Source: Sarea resinae
Lineage: Eukaryota
Direction: 5' to 3'
Assembly (NCBI GenBank): GCA_026026165.1
Contig: JAPEUD010000077.1
Location: 62,001 to 107,830, forward strand
DNA: 45,830 nt
The notes under the pieces are model-generated. The model saw only the letters and a program-made list of their open reading frames with translations. It did no database searches and was not told where the DNA came from. This document shows positions 1 through 10,948 of the stretch, one piece after another (position 1 is the first letter of the stretch; each line of letters opens with the position of its first letter). Both the position numbers and the translations under genes were made by a program.

Positions 1-2403
1 CTTACTCTTGGGAACTGCAACTATTCCACGCATGGTTATGAACATCAGGGACGGCCACACCAATGTCATCGATTTTTTGACCGACGTGGAACCGGGTGAC
101 ATTAGTGGCATGCGACAGATAGCTAACGACTGGCTGGAAGGAAGACTAGGCCAATTGCGGGTCCTAGGGAAAGCAGACGTCGGCTTGAAATCGGGGATCT
201 TCCATCTTGGAAGCCAGGGCATTTCGGAATCGTTAGTCTTTGAAGGTCAATCACTGTAATGCCTCGTCTTTAGGCGTCATCCGGCGCCGTCACGTCCCGA
301 CGCTAATACCGCTTTTATAGGCCACGACCTCCCAAGTATCCCTAATTATACTATCCGAAAGCTCAACTTTCGAGAGACAGACCCTGCAGACAGTCGAAGA
401 GGCATGATAGTTGATGTGGCTATAACAGTCGAAAATGATTATCCGGTCAGGCTCTCGATCCCACCGCTCGGTTTTGAAGTTTTAGTGCCCAATTGCCTCC
501 CCGATGAACCGTTCATACTGCTGGCCGAAGCTACGAGCTTGGTACTCGACATTGAGCCCCGGGAAGATGTCAACGTCAGTGCAGCCGCTATCGTCCGTGG
601 ACTGCCTGAGACTCTTACCACTGCTTGTCCAAACTCACATTCTTCGCCTCTCGATCTCTTACTTGGTAAATATATTCACGGAAAAGAAACGACCATCTAC
701 ATTCGCGGATCCGATAAGTCCTCTGCAGAGACGCCTGGTTGGATAGCGGATCTTCTCTCTAGTGTCACCGTACCATTACCTTTTCCTGGCCATACCTTCG
801 ACAACCTCATCAAGAACTTCTCCTTAGCCGATGTTCACTTCAGTCTACCTGACCCACTTGCTGACCCTGACACTCCCGAAGCAAGCCCTAGACTGTCTGC
901 TCTTGTCGAAGCCACTGTTGGCTTACCAGAAGAGATGAACTTCGAGGTTGATGTGTCTCGTGTGCGAGCGGATGCCGACGTCTTTTATTATGGGAGGAAA
1001 TTGGGCCATCTAAACCTCCGAAAATGGCAATCGGCCAATTCATCTCGAGTGGATTCGAACGAAACGCAACCCATACTAAAAGTAAGATCTGTCGTCAAAG
1101 ACGCCCCTTTGCAGATCACCGATGACGATGTATTTGCCGAAGTGGTACAAGCCATGGTCTTTGGCGGCAAAGGGGTGGTACTCGGCATCAAGGCTGAGGT
1201 GGATGTCGATGTCGAATCTGCCCTTGGACAGTTCATCGTCCGAGAAATCTCTGCTGAAGGCCAAGTCATTGTCAAGCGTTAGTACCCCTAGTTCACCACT
1301 ACTGTCCCAGCTGACATTTTGCAGCTTTGTCAGGAGGACTCGAATCTCTTGTCCCAAAGATCGGGTCGCTAGAAATCCTAAAAACCACCAGAACATCGAT
1401 TCTGTTACAAGTGAAGATGAACTTTACAAATCCAACCGAATACTCAGCGAAAGTCCCTTTTGTCGATATTAATATTCTCAACAACGATACAGTACTGGGT
1501 CACGCTACAGTCAAGGACATATTCGTCAGGCCTGGGCAGAACAATGATATCCTCGCTGAGGCAGTCTGGGATCCAGTAACAGCAAGCGGGCAAAGGGGCC
1601 AAATCATCGGCAGAGAACTTCTATCGCAATACATTTCAGGTATGTGTTTCAGCAAGCATACCTCTTCTCGTCTTACTTTAATCCATAGGGTTCAATACTA
1701 CCCTAACTCTAAAAGCTCACAATGGCTCCTTCCCGTCACAACCTGCATTAAGCCACGCCCTCTCTTCGTTCGAAGTCCGGATACCCACTCCCAGGCTTTT
1801 CGGGCCAGAGAAGCCTGGACACGGTGACGGGGATGAGGATGGTGATGGCGGCCATGGTAATGCGCCGCGCTTCATCGAAGATGCAACGGTAGTACCTGCT
1901 CTTCTTGATATCTTATATCCCTAGTTCCTTGGGGTCTTTCTTCACGGGTCTGTCGCACACCAATACATTGACTGCGTTTGTTCGTCATATTTCAACTCCC
2001 TTTTCAACCCCCTTTTTGTCTCATTGGCCGGCGCTGGAGCTAACATTTTCCTCCTGCTCAGATGCATCTCTTTACTTCCACCGCAACATTCACTCTCATC
2101 TCACCACTCGCGCATTCAACGATATACATAACTCACGTTGATGCAACGGCGTTCTACAACCATACCGAACCTGTTGGTAACATTCTTTACGATTTTCCTT
2201 TTGCCGTGCCCCCTGGCGCGACGCAAACCCCTCGACTACCCGTGGACTGGAGCCTTGGCAGTGTTGGATATGAAGCAGTTAAAAGTGCTTTGGGGGGCTC
2301 GCTGAAGCTTGATGCTAAGGCTACTGTAGGAGTGAAAATAGGCAGATGGTCGGAGAGGTTCTGGTATCAGGGACGGGGTATTGGCGCTAAGATCAGATTA
2401 TGA
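1..2403 (+). CDS. 5'-truncated Tag1-like / DUF3712 (LEA2-like repeat) protein, often annotated in fungi as 'pre-rRNA processing protein'
   Basis: Exons <1-245, 321-1277, 1325-1639, 1689-1888, 2062-2403 joined by GT-AG introns with branch points. Repeated beta-rich units (NDYPVRLSIPPLGFEV, NPTEYSAKVPFVDINI, FAVPPGATQTPRLPVDW), ending GIGAKIRL*. Confidence 0.7.
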
Positions 2404-2858
2404 ATTGGGTAAAGTGGTCGCTGGATACGGGTGCACTGTTTGGGAGGTGGACTATTGGGTTGTCTTTTTGGTCAGGGTTGGCGTCTTGCGTGGGAAAGGT
2501 CTAAGGTCATGTTTTGAGTCTGCGAAGGGAAGCGTGCGAAATCGACTCTGCTCTGCTCTTTTTTGGTCTTCTTCCTCTCCTCTCTTACGAAGTCGAACAT
2601 GGGGTGGGAGTTAGCTGCTGATGCTTGGGCACAACGCGAGTCGCTTCTTGTTTCTCTAGACTGAAACGAAATTCCTAAAAGCAATTCCAGGGCTAAAGGA
2701 ATGCTAAAGGCAAAAGCTATGTCAGGGCTAACACATGGCTAAGATTACAGAGATGAGAGGGATATGGCTGGAAATGTGGCGATCGTAATGAAGGAAGTGG
2801 CGAAGTGAGTAAGTGAGTAAATGAATGAGCGAGTGTCCCGTGCTGCTGGCTGAATCTC

Positions 2859-4074
2859 TTAACCTGGCGGGAGGGTGCTCGCGTCCACGAGGTCTTGGGC
2901 TTCCTTTTCTACTTCCTCGTTTGGCCCGTAGAGCGGCGATCGAGGCAATGCCATAAGACCTACGTGCCACACAGGGGATTAGAAATATTCCTGATAATGG
3001 AAGGGGCCGGGCTGGTTTTCCCGCTCTTGATTGAGAGTAGTTACCTGTTCGAGCGGATTCGAGGATGCCGAAGGGCGAGATCAGTTTCATGAATGAGTCT
3101 ATCCGGGAGGGTTTGGCGGATCTGGTGGAATGGATGTTAGTCATACGTCCGCATGCGTATACAGATACAAACGAGCGACTCGGTTGGTTCTTCTTCAAGG
3201 CCCCCTGTTCAGGGGGCAAGAATAATTGGCAAGGGTTGTGTGGCAGAACTCACATCTCGACAATGCAGTTGTTGGTGCTGATATCTAGCACTTTGCCCCC
3301 GAATTGATGCGTCAGATGCGTGATCGCCTCCAGATGCTCATGCTTATGGCGCAACGCCTGACTGGCGGCCAGATTGCTCGGGTGGAAGTCCTTCTTGGGG
3401 GCGTCTTCGAGTGCGTCCTCCCCGGCCAGCGTGCCGTCATCGCGCGCCTGCATCCGCTCGTAGCTTTCGGCGTCCGCGGCCGTCATCTCCCGGTGATGCG
3501 CCAGTAGCTCCTCAAAGTACTCGGGGCCTAAGATGGAGATCTTGGCGAGTAGGAGCTCGCGCTGTACCAACGGGGCGGAAGTATAGTCCAGGACGGCCCA
3601 GACGGGGACAAGGTCCTCGAGCTGACGACGGGCCTGCTCGACGACGCCGTCCTGGCCGCTCAAGACGATCGTCATGCGCGACAGGTCCTCGACCTCGGTG
3701 TTGCAGACGACGAGACTGTCGATGTTGAAGCCGCGCGCGGCGAGGATGCCGGACACGCGGCTCAGCACCCCCGGCTCGTTCTGCACCAAGCAGTTCAGCA
3801 CGTGCCGTTTGGGCGGCGCCGCGGACGGCAGCGGCGTCTCGTAGAGGATGCTGGAGACGGCCGCCGGGGCGGACCAGGACGGCGGATGGTCCGACGTTGG
3901 CAGGGGCGAGATTCGTCGGTGCAGCGCCTTGTACGCTAGCGCTGAGGTCGAGGACGACGTGCTCTGGTGCTGGATGTGCTGGAGGCTGGCAGGTTTCGCG
4001 ACGTGTTGTTGCTGGTGTCTGAGGGCGGTGCGGGTAGTGGGCACCGCCTTGAGCAGGGCTCGTCTGGTCGCCAT
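2859..4074 (-). CDS. ILV6: Acetolactate synthase regulatory (small) subunit, mitochondrial
   Basis: Exons 4074-3254, 3121-3045, 2959-2859 (999 nt, in frame). ACT domain HVLNCLVQNEPGVLSRVSGILAARGFNIDSLVV, ESARTGLMALPR, C-terminal LPPG*. Basic N-terminal presequence. Confidence 0.95.
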
Positions 4075-4726
4075 TGTGCTGAATGCTGTTGAGGCTCAGT
4101 CCAATTGATGATCAGGCGGTGATCATGCAATGGATGAGAAGGGATGAAGGAGAGAGAGAAGAAGAGAAGAGAGGATGGCTGTGACTCTTCACTCTCACCA
4201 GTGTGTGACTGTGATCGAGCTGTGATCGGCGGAGAGTCCGAATTACGGGAAACTGGAAATACTTTCTGGGGTCGGGGCCGAGACCGGGACGCGCTAGGCT
4301 GCCTTGGGGCGATTGGCGGATCTAACCTGTAAAGGCTAGATCGCCGTGCAGCTCTAGATCACGTGGAGAGTGGCAGGTCCTCGGTCGGGTAAGTATCGTC
4401 GTACCGCGCCTTACCTAAGCTTCGGTGAAGGAAGCAAGGTCCAAGGTCCATTGTCGTGAAGGGCAAAGACATCCATCACTGTTATATTTCTCAATTCGTT
4501 CTTTTCTCCCTTTCGTGCGGTCTGAAAGACAAATGTGCGATCTTGGTGTCGAGCTACTATTTGTCTAGCTCGCAAGACGTTCTCCTGGCTTCTCTCGCAC
4601 AACAGCAATTCAATCCCCAGTGCAACAACCTAGGACTGTCTTTTACCATAAAACAACTTTCGTCTTCCCTCTCCGTGCACAAACTCCGCCGAACAGCTCC
4701 CCCAGCATCCTTTCACCGCCGAACTG

Positions 4727-6882
4727 ATGGACGAAGAGCGAAAACCCTCCAAGCGATCTCGCTTTGATCAGACCGAACCTCGAGAGCGACACGGGAGCTA
4801 TGAAGACGGTCGGCGGTTCTCACGATTCGATCGTCGATCGAGGTCACCTTCGACGAGGGACTCGAGGCCCCGCAGAAGTCGAAGCCCGGTAGGCAGGGCT
4901 ACCGAGAGTCCTGCGACGGAGGAGAAGAAGAAGCTAGACCCGGCAGCGGCTGCTGGTAAGTCTCTTTGGGCGGGCGCGAATGTGGTCCGGAAGGCTGACG
5001 ACTTTGGTGCTGAAAAGCGGCCGCCGCGGCGAGAATCAACGCCCAGATTCAGGCAAAGAAAGGCATTCAGCATGTTGATGTGCCCCCAATTCGATCCGGA
5101 TCGGTAAGTCATAGCCTCGATATGCAGAACCGCACGATCCCCGCGAGGCCACACGCTAATCCAAACGGTCATGATTGCAGACAGCAAGTCCCGTTGGCAA
5201 GTCGTCTTCTCCACCAACTTCGAGCAACATCAATGGCGACATGTACGTCGCAGATGGAGATTACATCCGAGACATCGAAGTCAACGACCTTCGAAACCGG
5301 TATACACTGACCAAAGGCTCAACGCAGAAGATGGTAAATTACTCTTGCTACATCCACACTGATACTCCCAGGCTGCTTCCTTGTGTCTCCTTACCGCATG
5401 CTGTACTCTCCAGGTGCGGCTGCGGATGAGGAGGCTAAGCTTGCTTTTTTTCTTTTCGTTCTGCGTATCTTGTGGGGACAGCGTGCAGCTTACACGAATG
5501 CATCATAGCATCCTGCAATATCCCTCTTTGGCATCTGCTGACCTGCGCAACGTGACTGTTTAGATTAAAGAAGAGACTGGCGCCGGTACGCTCACATGCT
5601 ATCTAATCTTGTGTAGACAGATGCTCATAAGTGCAAAGATGTCACGACGCGAGGCAACTACTACCCAGATAAGAGCATGGCTACCCCCGCCGTAAGTCAC
5701 CTTTTCTAGGTTTGTATGTTCAGCTTTAACCCTTGAGGATTCGTAGAAACCGCCGCTCTACCTTCACGTCACCAGTACCAGCAAGGAAGGGCTCGAACAG
5801 GCCGTCGAGAAAATCGAAGAGCTCATGAAGCAGGAACTGCCCAACTTGGTCGACGAGAGGAGGTTCCGCCGAAGAGAACCCGAGCAAGTCGAGAGAGACG
5901 AGTTTGGCCGGGTATGAGTTATGAGGTTCTTTGATTTTATTTTAGCTGACTTCGTCTAGCGCAAATGGCCCGAGGAGCGTATCCCAATTGATCTCGAGCC
6001 GGTTCCTGGCTTTAACCTGAGAGCACAGGTTGTAGGTCATGGTGGCGCATACGTCAAGCATATCCAGCAGGAAACTCGCTGCCGCGTCCAAATCAAAGGT
6101 CGAGGGTCCGGCTTTATGGAGCATGCCACGCAGCGCGAGAGCGATGAGCAGATGTATCTTCATGTCGCGTATGTCTACCTTTTCCTTTCTGGCATATGAA
6201 CCTGGCTCAAATTTCCGCCTTTCTGAATCTAGTGGTCCCGATCCCAATGAAGTTCAACGCGCCAAAGAGCTCTGCGAAGACCTCCTCAATAACGTTCGTG
6301 AACAATACGAGCGCTTCAAATCCCAACCACCTCCGTCGCATGGTTACGGAGGTCACGGCCATGGTGGCTATGGCCAACGAGATCGCCAACAGAGTCAAGG
6401 GTATGGTGGTGGCTACGGCGCAGGTTACGGCTCGCATCAGCATTCGAACTCTCCAGCATCAGCCATGAGTCCCATCCAAGGCGGTTTCCCCGCTCCCGGC
6501 ACGAGTACCCCCGGAGCATCCGGTGCGGCGCCGCCAGGAGCAACAGCAGCACCACTGGCCGACTACGGCGCAGCATACGCCCAGTATTACGGAGGCCAGG
6601 ATCCATATGCTGCCTATGGCGGCTATCAGAATTACGTCAACTATTATGCTTATTACCAACAGCAGGCTGCTCAGCAACAGCAGCAGGCTCCGCCACCACC
6701 GCCTGGGGAGGCCCCACCGCCACCACCTCCTCCGCCCGCTTCTGCTAGTCCCGCTGGATATAACTCGGTACGTTTCCCCCTTTTCCTTTGCTCCCTCGAG
6801 AGCTTTCGTATGGTGGCTGGCCACACGTATGTGTATATGGCTGATGCGTCTTCAATAGGTCCCACCCCCGCCGGGTCTGTAA
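4727..6882 (+). CDS. KH-domain RNA-binding protein, KHDC4/BLOM7-like splicing-associated factor
   Basis: Nine exons: 4727-4955, 5018-5103, 5181-5333, 5564-5585, 5639-5691, 5747-5911, 5960-6168, 6233-6767, 6859-6882 (1476 nt, in frame). RS-rich N-terminus, DIEVNDLRNRYTLTKGSTQ, KH loop FNLRAQVVGHGGAYVKHIQQETRCRVQIKGRGSGF, Y/Q/P-rich tail ending VPPPPGL*. Confidence 0.85.
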
Positions 6883-7571
6883 ATGAGAGCTTGAGCCGCA
6901 AGGATTCATATTCTTTCTTTCCCCATAGCGCCTCTTATTACGTTCCTTTTTCGCAACGGGCACAGCGTCTGGTGAAAATGGAAGGACTCCTCAAAAGAAA
7001 ATTTGCATGTAGAGGGAGGAATAGGGACACAGCAGACCTAAGCCAAATAATTCTAGTTGAAGGGAGGGGATGTTCCAATCTATTCACGATCCGCAAAGGG
7101 CTTGGTCTATTTCTGTCTTCCTCTTCATTTTCTTCTTCTCATTCCCTCTATACTCTTCTCCCCTGTCTTTTGATTTAGAAGATTGTAGTCAATTCTTATA
7201 TGGACTCAGCCTTACGTGTAATTTTGTAGATCAAGGTATATTTGATATACTACAGTGAAAGATGGGTTTAAGTGAGGTAAGGCAAGAGGTATAGTGCAAT
7301 GGGCTATACGTTACAAGATGTATATAGATTTATATACCTTTACGTTCCCTCTTCTCCCCCGAAGCCCGATGGTATTCTCAGATATGAGATTTAGCTATCG
7401 TATATGCTAGAGCGTGAGCCTTTGTTTCCTCTTGTTCATAAAGTATGGCAATAGTGATGGTGGATAGTTCCGGTCCGGAGATCTTGTAGGTAGAGCAGGG
7501 GTCGTCGTGCGCGATAGCGGCGGTCTGCATCACGATAAACCTCACAACATGAGAAATTCCTTCGAATTTGT

Positions 7572-7590
7572 TGACTCAATAATGACTCAT
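7572..7590 (+). promoter_or_regulatory. Tandem Gcn4/CpcA (cross-pathway control) binding sites
   Basis: TGACTCA at 7572-7578 and the full consensus ATGACTCAT at 7582-7590, about 120 bp upstream of the ornithine carbamoyltransferase ATG. Confidence 0.75.
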
Positions 7591-7704
7591 CCGCATACCT
7601 GACAGTCTCGACAATTTGTGTGCAACCTGGCTCATCTACTTGGCAACATCGAACACTGTCAATAGCACCATCTTCCATTGTCAGCCGCTTGAACAGGTCT
7701 CACA

Positions 7705-8929
7705 ATGGCTTCCTCTACAGCGTTGCGATCGTCGAGGACCGCCCTCCGCCGCGTGAGCGGGCTGCAATCGCGCCCATATTCAACTCCTTCCACTCCATCA
7801 GTATCTCCCTTCGCCCCTCGACATCTCATGTCAATAGCAGACCTAACTCCGGCTGAGCTGACGGCTCTCATCCGCAATGCTCACGCCCACAAAACCGCGA
7901 TGAAGTCTGGGCTCATACCGAAGAATTTGCTGGGCGCATTGACTGGCAAAACCGTAGCCATGTCTTTCAGCAAGCGCAGTACGAGGACAAGGGTATCCAC
8001 AGAGGCAGCCATTGCGTCGATGGGCGGCCATCCCATGTTCCTCGGAAAGGATGATATTCAATTGGGAGTACGTGCGATTGGGCTTCCTCCGGTGGTCTTG
8101 GGCGTGCTGACAGTGACCTAGGTGAACGAGTCCCTCTACGACACCTCGGTCGTCATCTCATCGATGGTCTCCTGCATCGTCGCTCGAGTCGGCCCGCACT
8201 CCGACGTAGCGGGGTTGGCCAAGCATTCCTCCGTGCCCGTCATCAACGGGCTCTCGGATGCCTTCCACCCTCTCCAGACCATCGCTGATATGCTCACTCT
8301 CCACGAGGCTTTTCCCGAAGCTCCAAAGCCGAGGCGGACTGCGACGTTGGGACCGCAATTGAACGGTCTCAAGCTTGCCTGGATTGGAGACGCCAACAAC
8401 GTCCTCTTCGACCTGGCTATCGGTGCTGCCAAGCTTGGCATAGATATCTCGGTCGCAACGCCCAAGGGATACGAGATCCCGAGCCACATGAGGGAGATTA
8501 TCCAAGGGGCGAGCGTTGGCGTCGAGGACGGCGGCAAACTATTCGAGACGACGGTCCCCGAGGAAGCCATCAAAGACGCCGATGTCTTGGTGACGGATAC
8601 TTGGGTCTCGATGGGCCAGGAGGAGGAGAAGGCCAAGCGTCTGAGAGACTTTGCCGGATTCCAGGTCACGCCGGAACTGGCACGACGGGGGGGCGCGAAG
8701 CAGGACTGGAAGTTCATGCATTGCCTGCCGAGGCATCCCGACGAGGTCAGCGATGAGGTCTTTTATAGTCCGAAATCGCTCGTCTTTCCGGAAGCCGAGA
8801 ATCGCCTTTGGGCCGCCATTGGTGAGTAACCGGCTGTCTTTTTTTTTTTTTGTCCGATTCGAAGAATTCTACTGATCTTTTTAAGCTGCTTTGGAGGCGT
8901 TTGTCGTGAATAAGGGCAAGATTGAGTGA
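7705..8929 (+). CDS. ARG3: Ornithine carbamoyltransferase, mitochondrial (argB/arg-12)
   Basis: Exons 7705-8067, 8122-8821, 8886-8929 (1107 nt). Motifs SKRSTRTR, HPLQ, DTWVSMG, HCLP, EAENR. Arg/Ser-rich presequence. Confidence 0.97.
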
Positions 8930-9295
8930 ACGGGTAATTGGTTGGATCGAGTCATATTTACACAATCTATGAACTTTGAATCCTCTAGATGGCTATGAAT
9001 TTGAGTGAGAGAACATAGACCGGCATTGGAGCAGGGACAGGGGCTCAAACTGAACATAACGGGAGCTGTGTTTGCTCCAAATCGAAGGGCCATTGTGGCT
9101 CTACATTTTTGTTTCATCGAAATATCACAGTTGGCTATATTGGCTGGGGAAAAACTTGCCTAGCTATTGATCACGCTGGCTCGTTTGCAATATATCAAAA
9201 GGGAAATATATTCTAAAAACGTCATCCCTTCCATGTATATCATGATCTTTTTATTACAATCCGCTGGACCCTCACATATCATCCACAACCTTTGA

Positions 9296-10267
9296 TCAGC
9301 CCGACTTTTCTGCTCTTCTCGCAGCAGCCGGAAACAACGTCCACCCATTCATTCCCACCCCTCCTCTCTTCCCCGTCTCTTTCTCCTCCATCTCGAGTAC
9401 GTGCAAGCGGTTCTCCTCCATGGTCAGCTCCGTCGAACAAGGCACGCCGCAATCGGCTCCATAGACGCATTTCCCGGCGCCCACCATGCGCATTGCGGGC
9501 ACCAGGCCCGTCTTGGCCGTCGCCGCGGTATCAACCCACAACGCACCCAGCTGCGTCTCGATCTCCTCGCGCGTGATGCCCTCGGCATTCGGCACCCACG
9601 CTTCTGTGCCGAGCAGGGCCAAGCGCCCGGAGAGCACGGGCAAGGCACCGCCCGAGTGAGCGAGCACGAATCGAATGTCGGGATAGCGGCGGAACACGCC
9701 CTTGTAGAGCATGTCGACGGCCGTGCGAGCCGTGTCGAATGCCACTTCGATGACGGGGCTGGGCCGGCCTTGGGTCGGGGGCGCGTACGCATTCGGGTGC
9801 ATGTGCACGACCGCGCCGCGCGAGTTGAGCTTGGTCCAGACGGGCTCGAGACGCTCGTCGCTCAGGGAGACGCCGTTGTAGACGGTCGTGACGGCGAACC
9901 CGTCGGCGGCGACGGGGAACTCGACGGATGTGGTCGTGGTGCGGTCGATCTCGGCCAAGCACGCGGACGGGTTATCTGTTGGTAGAGCGGCGAGGAGGCC
10001 GAAGCGGCAGGGGTGTTGGGCGACGAGGTGGAGGCCGTGGGTGTTGCTGGCTCGCAGCGCGTCGAGCGAGGGCGGGATGTTGGAGAGCATCTGCAGGGAG
10101 ACGTTGGCGCGGTCGAGGTAGCTCAGCACCAACTCGGCGGACCAGGTCGGGGGGTCCGGCACCATGAAGAGGAGGGCGTGGTAGGCATTCTGGCGGGCGA
10201 GAGCTTCTTCGGCGGTCTGCGGGGGCAGGAAGTGGCCGTGGATGTCGAGCCAGCCTGTGGGCGCCAT
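9296..10267 (-). CDS. Amidohydrolase-2 family metal-dependent enzyme (aromatic-acid decarboxylase-like, cf. 6-methylsalicylate decarboxylase)
   Basis: Intronless 323-aa ORF. DIHGH (HxH) metal motif, RFGLLAALP, VVHMHP, FVLAHSGGALP, YGAD. Confidence 0.85.
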   Translation of the reverse strand: MAPTGWLDIHGHFLPPQTAEEALARQNAYHALLFMVPDPPTWSAELVLSYLDRANVSLQMLSNIPPSLDALRASNTHGLHLVAQHPCRFGLLAALPTDNPSACLAEIDRTTTTSVEFPVAADGFAVTTVYNGVSLSDERLEPVWTKLNSRGAVVHMHPNAYAPPTQGRPSPVIEVAFDTARTAVDMLYKGVFRRYPDIRFVLAHSGGALPVLSGRLALLGTEAWVPNAEGITREEIETQLGALWVDTAATAKTGLVPAMRMVGAGKCVYGADCGVPCSTELTMEENRLHVLEMEEKETGKRGGVGMNGWTLFPAAARRAEKSG

Positions 10268-10576
10268 GACGGTGTTTGAAGTGGTTTTCTGGTGCGGTGG
10301 ATCTGGTGGCAGAGGTGGACTGCGACGGTGTTTTCCATCAGGGTCATCTTTATATCGATTTGCACCGCGAGATGGCTGAGTTGGAGGGGGGCGCTCCGGC
10401 GTCAGGCTTTCGTTTCTATCTCCGACGATTACATCACTTAAGTCCGGAAGGAGCTAGGAGTTTAGCTCTCCAGGCTGTCTCTGTCACCTACGCAGGAGGC
10501 ACTCGGTCGGTCTGCAATGAGATGATTGACTCTCGCCATCCTCTCGCATGGATTGACAGAGGGTGGCTGGCAGATG

Positions 10577-10615
10577 TCGTGTCGTGTCGTGTCGTGCCGT
10601 GCCGTGTTGTGTCGT
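10577..10615. repeat. Imperfect pentanucleotide microsatellite (GTCGT/GCCGT)x8
   Basis: gtcgt gtcgt gtcgt gtcgt gccgt gccgt gttgt gtcg(t), read directly. Confidence 0.85.
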
Positions 10616-10948
10616 CCGTTGCCGCCTTGGACATGTGCAATCGAAGAGAATCAAGATCGAGGCCGGTGATCTGCGCGGGGTGCATGATCGACACCAACTC
10701 GTATCTTCAGGTACTTGGCCACTCACACATGTCGCAAGGCGACTTGGAGATACTTCCGTCTGGGGTACCCCAACCCTTCCCCTCATGGCTCGACCGACTG
10801 CGATGATACTGCTTCCGGAGCATTGACGGCTTTCGATATCATACCAGCCTCCGCTCCTCCCATCCGCCTTGCCATCCTCATCTCACTGCATCTCCAACGC
10901 CGCCATCACCTCCCCGTTCTCTCCACCCTCACAAACCATTCCAGAAGC

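Noticed and set aside
3200..3217. GC-rich hairpin GCCCCCTG-TT-CAGGGGGC in ILV6 intron 1
   Set aside because: A single short stem with no riboswitch or snoRNA consensus around it, plausible by chance.
5424..5541. Possible intronic box C/D snoRNA (ATGAGGA...CTGA) in the KH gene
   Set aside because: Box C is imperfect, the CTGA coincides with the branch point, and I see no terminal stem or recognisable rRNA guide.
6768..7178. C-terminal extension of ORF 6039-7178
   Set aside because: It reads through intron 8 (6768-6858) and the 3' UTR. The spliced gene ends VPPPPGL* at 6882.
7549..7602. Short upstream ORF before ornithine carbamoyltransferase (arginine-attenuator-like?)
   Set aside because: It overlaps the Gcn4 sites, so it is probably upstream of the TSS. 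It does not resemble the arginine attenuator peptide, which belongs to CPA1/arg-2.
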